NCBI GenBank assembly: GCA_043816305.1
Contig: JBDRHZ010000022.1
Span: forward strand, 1 to 62,746
Reading direction: 5' to 3'
Source of the DNA: Patescibacteria group bacterium
GTDB taxonomy: Bacteria > Patescibacteriota > Dojkabacteria > JAHIVN01
DNA: 62,746 bases
Below the pieces are notes generated by a model. It was not told where the DNA came from and made no database searches. It worked only from the letters and a program-made list of their open reading frames with translations. Shown in pieces: positions 50,021 through 58,612 of this stretch (position 1 is the first letter of the stretch; every line of letters begins with the position of its first letter). Both the position numbers and the translations under genes were made by a program.

Positions 50021-51214
50021 ATGAAGTCCTATCCGGTATCAATAATAATACCTAACTGGAATGGAAAGCATTTTCTTAAACAGAATATGTCCTCTGTCCT
50101 CAACCAGGATTATCCTGTTTATAGTATTTTTCTAGTAGATAATAACTCAAATGATGGATCACGGGATTATATACGTATGATCCAAAAAAAACATCCGACA
50201 AAGATTTCCGTAATAGAAAACAAAACAAACCTTGGATTTACTGGCAGTAATAATATTGCAGTTGAAGAAATTATCACAAATGAGAAGAGTAAATATATAG
50301 TATTTCTAAATAACGATGTAAAAGTGGAAAAAGAATGGCTCTCAAATTTAATTACAGGTTTTACAAAAGAGTCAATAGGTATAGTAACTTCAAAATTGCT
50401 CTACTACTACCCTTATCAGAGAATGACAATATCAGTTGATTTTGAGACGGAAATTAGAGGTATACAAATAGATGATCTTTTGTACCCGGGATTGATATTT
50501 AGTGAGGGGTTCAGGAAAAAAGGTGAACCACTCATGTTACCCCTAAAACTTGAATCGGGTAAAAAGTATTATTTTGCTATCTCATTCAAATCGAAGAAAA
50601 GTTCGACTCAGAAAATCAAAGTAGATTTTGTTGGTGGCCCAATAAGGATAGATTTAGGTAAGGATAGGATAGTATTTAATAAAGCAGGGAATAAAGAAGT
50701 TAAAGTGCAGGGGAAGTATATTATTCAAAATGCAGGGACAAAATTTAATAAAGATAAAAAGCTCTTTGAGGAAAAGAAGATATATGAATTTGATCATGAA
50801 TTAAAATCGCAAATTGTTGATGCGGGTAATGGAGCGGGAATGGCAGTTAGGACGGTTTTGATTAAAAACCTTGGTTCTTTCAAGAAGAAATATTTTGCAT
50901 ATGGAGAAGATACAGAACTTTCCTACCGATTGAAGGTGAACGGTTTTAAGACAAAATTTGTTGCAAACGCAGTAGGATACCACTATCTATCTGGCAGTAG
51001 TGGGAAGAGAATAACTAGTACACAGACATTTTACGGCTCGAGAAATAGGTTATGGTTTATTAGAGAGTACTTTGGTTTCTGGCAATTTGCTTATTACTAT
51101 CTGAGAATGGTAGTACGAACTTTTATTTGGGGGGTGAAGGCGATTTTAGATAAGGAAGCGTATATGTATTTTAAAAGTTATATTAAGGCACTATTGTCAT
51201 CTTTGGGGTTTTAG
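50021..51214 (+). CDS. Family 2 glycosyltransferase
   Basis: VSIIIPNWNG...LNQDYP...FLVDNNSNDGS and FLNNDV motifs. Confidence 0.85.
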   Translation: MKSYPVSIIIPNWNGKHFLKQNMSSVLNQDYPVYSIFLVDNNSNDGSRDYIRMIQKKHPTKISVIENKTNLGFTGSNNIAVEEIITNEKSKYIVFLNNDVKVEKEWLSNLITGFTKESIGIVTSKLLYYYPYQRMTISVDFETEIRGIQIDDLLYPGLIFSEGFRKKGEPLMLPLKLESGKKYYFAISFKSKKSSTQKIKVDFVGGPIRIDLGKDRIVFNKAGNKEVKVQGKYIIQNAGTKFNKDKKLFEEKKIYEFDHELKSQIVDAGNGAGMAVRTVLIKNLGSFKKKYFAYGEDTELSYRLKVNGFKTKFVANAVGYHYLSGSSGKRITSTQTFYGSRNRLWFIREYFGFWQFAYYYLRMVVRTFIWGVKAILDKEAYMYFKSYIKALLSSLGF

Positions 51215-51237
51215 AGTAGTTACTACACTTTATTTTA

Positions 51238-52752
51238 ATGTGTAAACTGGGTTACCGCATGGAAGGTCTCTTCGATTATATTTCTGATCCAACAATTTCC
51301 TATGTTAGGGTAGGCAAACCATACCCTAACTTCTGGGGTGAATCTCACACGCATCCCCATCTTAAATCTTTACATGGAACAAAGGTATCTTACGCGGTGT
51401 ATTTATACTTTAATGGGGATGCGTATTACTTTGTCGATAAAAAGGGCATAGCACGGGTAAAAGAGATAGTTTATAAGAAGTTGCTATTAAAACCAAACCA
51501 TATCTCTCATTGTTTAGAAAAGACAGATTCAGTAATTTCTGAAGGTGAATCTTTTTTTCAGTTTGTACTACCTAACATAAAAAAATATTCAAATGACAAG
51601 ATTGAGCTGATTTCGAAGAAATTCCACAAGCTTCTTCTTCAAATCCAAATGTATGCTGACTCAACATATTACATGTCTGAATCTATCTTAAACGAGAATT
51701 TATTAAAGCGCTTAGAAAGTCATTTCAGTAAGGATTCAGAAAAAATTGGGAAAGTTGTAAAAGTACTTACAGCTTTTGATTCATTGTCTTATCTTGAGAG
51801 AGAAGATTTATCGCTAGCCCAGATTGCTTTGGCTAATGATCAATCTTCTATTATTAACCACATATCCTTATGGAGGCATAAAACCTTTGATTATTGGGGC
51901 CCTGAAACGACAGAAAAAGAATTCTATGATCGACTCAAATCTTTCAGAAAACAGCCTACAAGAACGAGGGCTACTGTAAGTAGATATACAAATGCCAAGA
52001 AAAGCAGACAGAGAATGAAAAAGGGTATTATTAAAAGATATAATCTACCTGGTGATATAGTATTATTGAGTAGGTTAGTATCCCAAGTTGGCTTTTTAAA
52101 TGACACTAAAAAGTATTCTATTACAAGACTTACTTACCTTTTTGACAAATTTCTTGATGAAATTGTAAGGCGTTTTGGTATTGAGAAGGAGTTAATATAT
52201 TATCATTTGCCATTGGAGATTGAGGGGATAGGACGAGGAGATCAACCTGTTTCTGAAAAAGAGCTCAGAGAACGAAGGATGTTATTTGTAATTGTTTTTT
52301 CTGAAGGCAAGGAGATAATGCACACTACTGACAAAGGTAGTCAGATTGCACAAGAATTATTGAAAATTATTGGGACTGATTTAAGACTTGATAGTGCTGA
52401 TGAAGAATCCACAAGTTGCTCCGGCATACCGGCATCCAAGGGAGAATATGAAGGCACTGTAGTTAAAATGTTTTCCCATAAAGATCTCCATAAAGCAAGG
52501 GATGGTATGGTCTTGGTATCTCCCAAAACAACTGTTGACTTTATTTCAGCTTTATATAAAGCAGGGGCAGTAGTAACTGACTATGGTGGTTTGACTTCCC
52601 ACACTGCTATTGTAGCCCGCGAAATGAATATTCCGGGGATTGTAGGAACAAAAACAGCGACAACTGCTTTTTCGGATGGCGATGTAGTGTGTGTTGATGG
52701 GGAGAAGGGAATTGCGAAACTTGTTAAAAAGAGGAGTCACCAAAAACTATAA
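51238..52752 (+). CDS. PEP-utilising-enzyme mobile (swivel phosphohistidine) domain protein with about 380-aa uncharacterised N-terminal domain
   Basis: C-terminus GTVVKM...GMVLVSPKTTVDF...AGAVVTDYGGLTSHTAIVAREMNIPGIVG carries the phosphohistidine signature. Confidence 0.8.
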   Translation: MCKLGYRMEGLFDYISDPTISYVRVGKPYPNFWGESHTHPHLKSLHGTKVSYAVYLYFNGDAYYFVDKKGIARVKEIVYKKLLLKPNHISHCLEKTDSVISEGESFFQFVLPNIKKYSNDKIELISKKFHKLLLQIQMYADSTYYMSESILNENLLKRLESHFSKDSEKIGKVVKVLTAFDSLSYLEREDLSLAQIALANDQSSIINHISLWRHKTFDYWGPETTEKEFYDRLKSFRKQPTRTRATVSRYTNAKKSRQRMKKGIIKRYNLPGDIVLLSRLVSQVGFLNDTKKYSITRLTYLFDKFLDEIVRRFGIEKELIYYHLPLEIEGIGRGDQPVSEKELRERRMLFVIVFSEGKEIMHTTDKGSQIAQELLKIIGTDLRLDSADEESTSCSGIPASKGEYEGTVVKMFSHKDLHKARDGMVLVSPKTTVDFISALYKAGAVVTDYGGLTSHTAIVAREMNIPGIVGTKTATTAFSDGDVVCVDGEKGIAKLVKKRSHQKL

Positions 52753-52822
52753 GTGATGTGACTGTAAATCAAAGAGATAGGTTTAGAAAAGAATTAATGT
52801 ATTAGCTTTTCCGAAAAACGTT

Positions 52823-54286
52823 ATGAATGATTGTGTTTTTGGCTGGCAGGAGAAATCGTCCCTATTAACTATTGAAGCTAATCAAACGGCTCAGATGAAA
52901 GGCATCTCAGATGTTTTTCATGTTGATTTCCAAAATCTTCAATGTTTTTTCTTTAAAGATCAAGCTTATTTCTACTTTGGGAGAGATGATACAGAAAGAT
53001 GGAAAGAAGAAGGCAGGAAGTATCTAGAGAAGACCTATCTTACAAAATTACTGATAGAAACAAAGCAACTACGCACTGCGTTTCGTACTGTTATAAATGA
53101 AATTGAATCAATAAACTTGCAGGGTGCCAGCAATAAAACTCTTCTTGACCTCTTCTTGAAGTATTTTGAAATAGTGGTGGATATAGCTGGTATTTACCAT
53201 GCTTCACAACCAGAAGCATTATTCTTCGTTGACCAGGAGTTAAGGAAACTTTTATCAGGTAAATATACAAAAGAGGAGATGGAAAAACATTTTGTTACTC
53301 TCTCTAGTCCATATGAACTTGATCTTGTACAACGAGAGAAAGTGGAGTGGTTTAAACTACTTAAGGAAGAACCTATTACTGACGAAAAGTATCTTCAACA
53401 CGCTAAAAACTTTGCTGCGTACTTCTTTAATACGTATTCTTTTAAAGAAGCCATTGAGTACCTGAGGGATAAAAAAAATCATACAAATGAATCAGATCTT
53501 GAGGCAGAAATAAAAGAAATTAGACAATATCGTAAAAAAACAAAGAATGAACGGGAAAAGTTATTAAAAGAGCTTCCAACAAAGGTAACATATCTTTCAA
53601 GAGTTTTGCGTAAAGTGAGTGTCGATAGATTTGCACTAAAAGAAGGTTGGCAGGGAGCAGAATTTCTTGCGCTTAATCTGTTTTCAGAGATAGCGAAGAG
53701 AATCAAGATAGACATTAAAGACTTCTTTTACAGCTATGGCAGGAAGGATATAGAGAAGTTTCTTCTAAGTGGCAAAGTTCTCAATGAGAAAGAAGTGAAA
53801 AGAAGGAAAGAGGCACTTTTTATTAAAATAAATAACAAAAATGCTATGCGTCTTGTAGGTGATAAGGCTCTTATCAGAATAAAACGGTTCTTAAGAAGTA
53901 ATATGGCCTCAGGAGATTCTGTCAAAGGTATGGGAGCACAGCAAGGAGTAACAACTGGAAGAGCAAGGATCTTGTTAGTTGAAGATATTTCTTCTTTTGC
54001 CACAGCAGCTAAATGTTTTAAAAAAGGAGAAGTGTTAGTTACAACAATGACTTCTCCAAACATTGTTTCACTCATGAAAAATGCCAGTGGAATTGTCACA
54101 AATGAAGGGGGTATATGCTCCCATGCAGCCATCGTTTCTCGAGAACTAGGAAAACCCTGTGTTGTGGGGACTGGAAATGCAACACAGGTATTTAAGACGG
54201 GGGACTACTTACTAATCGATGCTGGGAAAGGAGAAGTAAAAAAGATAACTAAAGAAGAGTATGAGACGATAAAAAACCTGACCTAA
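52823..54286 (+). CDS. Second PEP-utilising-enzyme mobile-domain protein (paralogous architecture)
   Basis: C-terminus GEVLVTTMTSPNIV...ASGIVTNEGGICSHAAIVSRELGKPCVVG. The N-terminal about 370 aa are uncharacterised. Confidence 0.8.
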   Translation: MNDCVFGWQEKSSLLTIEANQTAQMKGISDVFHVDFQNLQCFFFKDQAYFYFGRDDTERWKEEGRKYLEKTYLTKLLIETKQLRTAFRTVINEIESINLQGASNKTLLDLFLKYFEIVVDIAGIYHASQPEALFFVDQELRKLLSGKYTKEEMEKHFVTLSSPYELDLVQREKVEWFKLLKEEPITDEKYLQHAKNFAAYFFNTYSFKEAIEYLRDKKNHTNESDLEAEIKEIRQYRKKTKNEREKLLKELPTKVTYLSRVLRKVSVDRFALKEGWQGAEFLALNLFSEIAKRIKIDIKDFFYSYGRKDIEKFLLSGKVLNEKEVKRRKEALFIKINNKNAMRLVGDKALIRIKRFLRSNMASGDSVKGMGAQQGVTTGRARILLVEDISSFATAAKCFKKGEVLVTTMTSPNIVSLMKNASGIVTNEGGICSHAAIVSRELGKPCVVGTGNATQVFKTGDYLLIDAGKGEVKKITKEEYETIKNLT

Positions 54287-54417
54287 AAGTGTAGTTCTGG
54301 CTGTTAGTAATTGAATAGCCCACACCTAACACATTTATGATGTTGGTTCTATAAAACTATTACTTAATAGACTTAAAAATTCCCAAATTTCAAACTACGA
54401 ATTACGAAAAACGCAGT

Positions 54418-54520
54418 ATGCAAACAGTCCCGTAAGATTTTGCAACTCGGAGGGTTGGAGAAAGATGTTTGGGGTGCTGAGTTCGTTTGGTGAAAACTTA
54501 GTAAAGCTTAGTGTATAGTG
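54418..54520. repeat. Conserved module copy A (degenerate; micro-ORF only from internal ATG 54465..54518)
   Basis: atgcaaacagtcccgtaagattttgcaactcggagggttggagaaagatgttt... Compared with copy E there is a 2-nt length difference after the first ATG. The 3' end overlaps the stop region of the minus-strand ORF 54498..54869. Confidence 0.75.
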
Positions 54521-54869
54521 CAGAAAGCTGGCTAATGAAAATATCGTAAACCCAACAGAATCCAACAAACACTAAAATAACAAAAATTGGTAAGATAGCA
54601 AAAACTACAGTTTGTTTAATGTAATCTCTTTTTTGAACACCTTTTCTCTTAAGTTTTAAGAATTGGAATATTGCACCAATTGCAAATACCGGAATTGCAG
54701 AGAATATAAATAATAAATATAACCAATCTAAATCATGAGCATCTGGATGCATAGACATTTGACTCATGATTCCACAAGAAACTCCAATCGGAAAAAAGAT
54801 AACTGATATTGCAAGACAAGGGTAGAAACACTTAAAGAAAATGTTTTTATCTACTATCAGTTTTTTCAT
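54498..54869 (-). CDS. Small integral membrane protein (cassette ORF)
   Basis: 123 aa with 3-4 hydrophobic helices. Its 3' end runs into module A. Confidence 0.5.
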   Translation of the reverse strand: MKKLIVDKNIFFKCFYPCLAISVIFFPIGVSCGIMSQMSMHPDAHDLDWLYLLFIFSAIPVFAIGAIFQFLKLKRKGVQKRDYIKQTVVFAILPIFVILVFVGFCWVYDIFISQLSALYTKLY

Positions 54870-55018
54870 TAGTATTAGGAGTTAAAAATAGTAATTATCT
54901 CATTATATTAATAACTGGAAATTAATAAAAGCGAAGTTCCTATATCTTGTGGAGAAGTAATTTGTATCTGAGAAGAAGATGTGTCAACTATGCTGCTATT
55001 ACGGTGTAAAATCAAAGA

Positions 55019-55112
55019 GTGCACAGTCCCGTAAGACTTTGCAACTCGGAGGTGTGGAGGAAGATGTTTGTATTACTGAATGAGTTTTCGTTGAGTGGAG
55101 TATAGTGGATAC
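55019..55112. repeat. Conserved module copy B (micro-ORF 55019..55105 +, GTG start; internal ATG 55064)
   Basis: gtgcacagtcccgtaagactttgcaactcggaggtgtggaggaagatgtttgtattactgaatgagttttcgttgagtggagtatagtggata. The encoded peptide is VHSPVRLCNSEVWRKMFVLLNEFSLSGV*. Confidence 0.85.
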
Positions 55113-55334
55113 CTGTCCGTCGTAGCTTTAGCGAAGACGGACAGTTGCTTGCCCCGTATAGCTGAACGTAGCGAAGCTTGTACGGGGGAACTTTCCTGAA
55201 ATTTAACATTCACTCTACCCTGCTCTACTTGAGTTTTAGCGGTTCCGATCCATCTTCGTTCTTCGACAAGCTCAGAACTTCGATGGACATGTGTCCCGCT
55301 TGCCCCGTATACGAGCATAGCGAGTTGTACGGGG
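55113..55334. repeat. Cluster of REP-like hairpins
   Basis: CTGTCCGTC(55113-21)/GACGGACAG(55136-44). Two copies of GCTTGCCCCGTATA...TTGTACGGGG follow (stems 55152-58/55181-87 and 55303-09/55328-34). Confidence 0.7.
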
Positions 55335-55362
55335 TTTACTCTAAAATCGAAAAACTTAAGAG

Positions 55363-55377
55363 AGTATAGTGGACAGT
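55363..55377. repeat. Left copy of perfect 15-bp direct repeat AGTATAGTGGACAGT
   Basis: Identical to 55947-55961. It shares GTATAGTGGA with the 3' ends of the modules. Confidence 0.9.
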
Positions 55378-55443
55378 CGGAACTTTCAATAGATTTGTGT
55401 TAAGATATCAATATAATTTATATAAATCTATTGGAATCCAATT

Positions 55444-55953
55444 ATGAAAAACGAAGAAAAAACAAGAAAAATTATAAAAGATAACTTATACATGACAATT
55501 TCAGTATCAGACCTTAAGGGTAATCCTTGGATTGCAAACATCTATTTTGCTTGTGATTCCAAGTACACATTTTATTGGTATTCACCGAGAGATTCTATTC
55601 ATTCGAAGTATATAAATAAAAATCCTAATATTGCAATCTCAATATTCGACTCAAGAGCAACAGGAGATGACGTTGATGCAGTGTACATAAAAGCTAAGGC
55701 AGAGATAGTGACTAAAAAGATTGAACTTATCAAAGGCCTTACAATTTATGGGAAGAAAATGCTAAAAACTGGATTTGTAAAGTCAAAATCTCAAGTAGGA
55801 AGATTTATTAAGCAGTATAAAGATTTTCAGGGGATATCTAAAATCCGAATGTATAAAGCAATACCTGTGCAAATCTGGAAACTAGCTCCTTCAGAAATAT
55901 TTAATGATAAATTTATCGACAGCAGATTGGAAGTAGATATAAATGAAGTATAG
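55444..55953 (+). CDS. Pyridoxamine 5'-phosphate oxidase-like FMN-binding split-barrel protein (cassette ORF)
   Basis: 169 aa: LYMTISVSD.KGNPW.ANIYFA.D....FYW.S.....HS..I..NP.IAISIF follows the PNPOx-like pattern. Its stop codon lies inside the right 15-bp repeat. Confidence 0.65.
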   Translation: MKNEEKTRKIIKDNLYMTISVSDLKGNPWIANIYFACDSKYTFYWYSPRDSIHSKYINKNPNIAISIFDSRATGDDVDAVYIKAKAEIVTKKIELIKGLTIYGKKMLKTGFVKSKSQVGRFIKQYKDFQGISKIRMYKAIPVQIWKLAPSEIFNDKFIDSRLEVDINEV

Positions 55954-55961
55954 TGGACAGT
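55947..55961. repeat. Right copy of perfect 15-bp direct repeat AGTATAGTGGACAGT
   Basis: Identical to 55363-55377, 584 bp away. Confidence 0.9.
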
Positions 55962-55992
55962 TGAGAGAATGTATTCTTATAGTGCAAATATC

Positions 55993-56359
55993 TTATGGAA
56001 GACGCTCTATCTTAAAAGTACATATACCTTGAGGTCTTAATGTATAAACTTCAATCCCCCATGTAAATTCTTCTCCTACTGGTTCTAGTCTTTGTACAAA
56101 TTCACCCGTCGGTATATGGTGTAACAACAACAGCACGTGTGACAACTTCAAAAGTTTTACCAGTAGCATCAAAGATTTCACTTACTGAAGAATCTAGATG
56201 CACACCTCTAAAGACATCTTGTTCCGAAGGACCAGCAATACTAAAACCGATTAAAGTAAATTCTCTTTCTAAGGTACCCCTTACAGAAACTATTATATTA
56301 TCTGGTAAACTCTGAATGGTTTCAACTTCCATTCCAACTTCAAGTTTTTCTGATTCCAT
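55993..56359 (-). pseudogene. Probable frameshifted cassette ORF
   Basis: The 85-aa ORF (56102..56359) ends ...VVTPYTDG*. The overlapping frame continues with protein-like EFVQRLEPVGEEFTWGIEVYTLRPQGICTFKIERLP* (to 55993). A single indel near 56100 would join them. Confidence 0.35.
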
Positions 56360-56449
56360 GTTTAATGATTTTCAGAGATAAAAGGAGAGAATTTAGCAGT
56401 AAGCTATTATATCAACCGAATATACAACTTAGCAGGGTGAAAATGGAGC

Positions 56450-56495
56450 ATAGCGGATACTTGTCTGTCGTAGCTTTAGCGGAGACAGAAAGTCA
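56450..56495. repeat. Partial sixth module (3' end plus hairpin only)
   Basis: ggagcatagcggatacttgtctgtcgtagctttagcggagacagaaagt parallels ggagtatagtggatacctgtccgtcgtagctttagcgaagacggacagt at 55097-55146. The stem retains pairing through a C-G to T-A double change. Confidence 0.7.
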
Positions 56496-56531
56496 GAGAT
56501 TTCTCTATCTAAGTTTACGTTTTACATTAAA

Positions 56532-56630
56532 ATGTGCAACAATTCCGTAAGACTTTGCAACTCGAAAGTGTGGAAACAACTGTTTATGTTACTGAATGAG
56601 TTTTCGTTAAAAGGAGTATAGATGATAAAG
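56532..56630. repeat. Conserved module copy C (micro-ORF 56532..56621 +)
   Basis: The encoded peptide is MCNNSVRLCNSKVWKQLFMLLNEFSLKGV*. A 3-nt indel relative to copies B and E keeps the frame. It lies directly 3' of the minus-strand ORF 56643..57203. Confidence 0.85.
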
Positions 56631-56642
56631 TCGGAAAAGATA

Positions 56643-57203
56643 TTAGTATTTACCAATTCGGTACTTCACAGGTAGAATCCTTAGAAATCTAACCATAGAT
56701 AGGTACTTATGGTCTGTTTTGCCATACATGCGAACTAAATACTGCCGCATCTTTTCTTCGGACCACCCGAGCACACTTGGATCTTTATAATCAAACCAAG
56801 GGGAAGTGACATCTAATTTATCTTCCAGTACCTTTGAATTTACTGGAGCTAGCCATACATTCCATTTTCCAGCTCTTTCTTCAGGAGGAGCTTTACTAAT
56901 TGTATCTAAGGGGCTCAAAAAAAACGTCGTACCGGCTACTACTAATGTCCAATCTCCTGCAGTTGAATCAGTAGCAATTAAACCTATTTCATCTATAATA
57001 GGCTGATAGAACCCTCCCCTTGCTCCGTGCGCCACCATAACATATTGTTTTCCTTCTTCCAGAGTTACGCCTGCCTTCTCAGCTAGTTCAACTATGAGTG
57101 GATCGTCCCACATTCTTATTTCTCCACCTTGGCTCCATCTTTGTGCTATATCCTTCAATTCGTTTAGTGTAACTTTGTTAACGAATATCTCCTCTTCTGG
57201 CAT
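56643..57203 (-). CDS. Orphan 186-aa protein (cassette ORF)
   Basis: Intact ORF with no motif. Its stop lies about 12 nt from module C. Confidence 0.5.
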   Translation of the reverse strand: MPEEEIFVNKVTLNELKDIAQRWSQGGEIRMWDDPLIVELAEKAGVTLEEGKQYVMVAHGARGGFYQPIIDEIGLIATDSTAGDWTLVVAGTTFFLSPLDTISKAPPEERAGKWNVWLAPVNSKVLEDKLDVTSPWFDYKDPSVLGWSEEKMRQYLVRMYGKTDHKYLSMVRFLRILPVKYRIGKY

Positions 57204-57403
57204 AAATATCTCGCTAAAGAAAAAAGTTTTAATGGATTATACCAGAAATTGAGAAAGTTCGTATCTAATATGAAAATGAAGCCTAATGAATAGCTGAGTT
57301 GCTAAAATTCTTTTTTTTAAAGAAAATTGTTTGTAGAGCTTCCAGATAATTGAACTAGAACCAATTTAGATATATGATATAAAGGTAAATTTATTAATAT
57401 CGT

Positions 57404-57976
57404 TTGTTTGTTATGACCACAGAAACAAATTCTCCTGATGTAAAGTGGGAAGGTCATGATTTAGTTGTGCAAGGCCCTCCAGGAGCCATAAAAGAAAAAT
57501 TTTATCAACTATTACGTGAACGAGTTAGTATTGTTGACGATAGAGAATTTAAATTGATGTTCCCAGACTTACATATCGCAGCGATTAAGAGCAGGATTGT
57601 AATTGTCGAGGGAAATTCTAAAAAGAGAATCAAAGGAATAGGAATATATGTAAATAAAGATGATTTTGTTTTTGGAGATGATGATTATTCAGATCTAATA
57701 GATATTGTTGTTACACATGAAATTGCAGAACTCTGGTATTTCTCAAAGACAGGTTATTCTCTATCCCCTGCACCTGAAGCTCTAGCAGAAGACCGGTTAA
57801 ATATTGCGCATGAATTAGCGTTAAGAGATGAATATAGAGTTGCATTTGAATTGGGTAAGGCCGAAAGATTACTTGAATTTATGGAGAGACACCATCGGGA
57901 AAAGCATCCTTCAGAATCATCATTAGAGGAAAACAGAAGGACCTATAATCTCGTTAAGAAACGCTGGGAGAATTGA
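57404..57976 (+). CDS. Orphan 190-aa protein (cassette ORF)
   Basis: Intact ORF. It contains VVTHEIAELWYF (HExxE, not a canonical HExxH). Confidence 0.5.
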   Translation: MFVMTTETNSPDVKWEGHDLVVQGPPGAIKEKFYQLLRERVSIVDDREFKLMFPDLHIAAIKSRIVIVEGNSKKRIKGIGIYVNKDDFVFGDDDYSDLIDIVVTHEIAELWYFSKTGYSLSPAPEALAEDRLNIAHELALRDEYRVAFELGKAERLLEFMERHHREKHPSESSLEENRRTYNLVKKRWEN

Positions 57977-57995
57977 TTATGTCATGCTTATAAAA

Positions 57996-58103
57996 ATGCG
58001 CAATCCTGTAAGACTTTGCAACAGTAAGGGGCGGAAAAGTTTGTTTCTTATGTTAAGCTCATTTACTAAACTCGATTCTAGCCTCAAAGCCCAGCAGTCC
58101 TAG
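57996..58103. repeat. Conserved module copy D, most divergent (micro-ORF 57996..58103 +)
   Basis: The encoded peptide is MRNPVRLCNSKGRKSLFLMLSSFTKLDSSLKAQQS*. Its TAG (58101-03) overlaps the TAG of the minus-strand ORF 58100..58588 within CTAG. Confidence 0.75.
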
Positions 58104-58588
58104 TTACTCTGACAAAACATACCGTTTGGGTATGTACTCGCTGGGTATACAGTTGTATTCTCGATTTGATCTGTGCACACAATGATATGTGTTGGGTTGT
58201 AAACATCATCAACCCCTACTCTATACTCTGTTACACCATCTGGGTCGACTGGGATAGTTTGCATGTATCCTGTCGAAATAATTTGATCAAGACTTGTGGC
58301 ATCAATTCCTTCACCAACAATGCTATCAGCAGGCGTTATCTCTGTTACACCAGTTTCTGTTAATCCTAATGCAAGAAAGGGATCTGGCGCCTGAAGACCC
58401 TCCCGTGCTAACCACTTCCCAATAGCTGCATTTATTGCTGCAACATCTTGTGTTCTTCTAGAATTCTTGGCATCTGGTGTTCCTCCTTGGCTACCATAAT
58501 CTAATTCCGGAAAGATGACTTCTTCTATCTTCCAAGAGTACCCCTTGATCCAATCACCTACCTCCTTTAGCTTAAACTCAACATTCAC
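58100..58588 (-). CDS. Orphan ORF, probably the C-terminal part of a TAG-interrupted gene
   Basis: 162 aa starting at GTG with no SD. It is in the same frame as 58613..58888, separated by TAG plus 8 sense codons. Confidence 0.4.
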   Translation of the reverse strand: MNVEFKLKEVGDWIKGYSWKIEEVIFPELDYGSQGGTPDAKNSRRTQDVAAINAAIGKWLAREGLQAPDPFLALGLTETGVTEITPADSIVGEGIDATSLDQIISTGYMQTIPVDPDGVTEYRVGVDDVYNPTHIIVCTDQIENTTVYPASTYPNGMFCQSN

Positions 58589-58612
58589 CTTTGTTATTAG
58601 CAGATCGATTTC

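Noticed and set aside
55012-55369. ORFs 55012..55209(-), 55073..55318(-) and 55178..55369(+)
   Set aside because: They overlap one another and are built from module B and the REP-like hairpins. Their reading frames are a by-product of repeat sequence.
56365-56550. 61-aa plus-strand ORF
   Set aside because: It runs through the partial module and hairpin into the start of module C in a different frame. There is no independent support.
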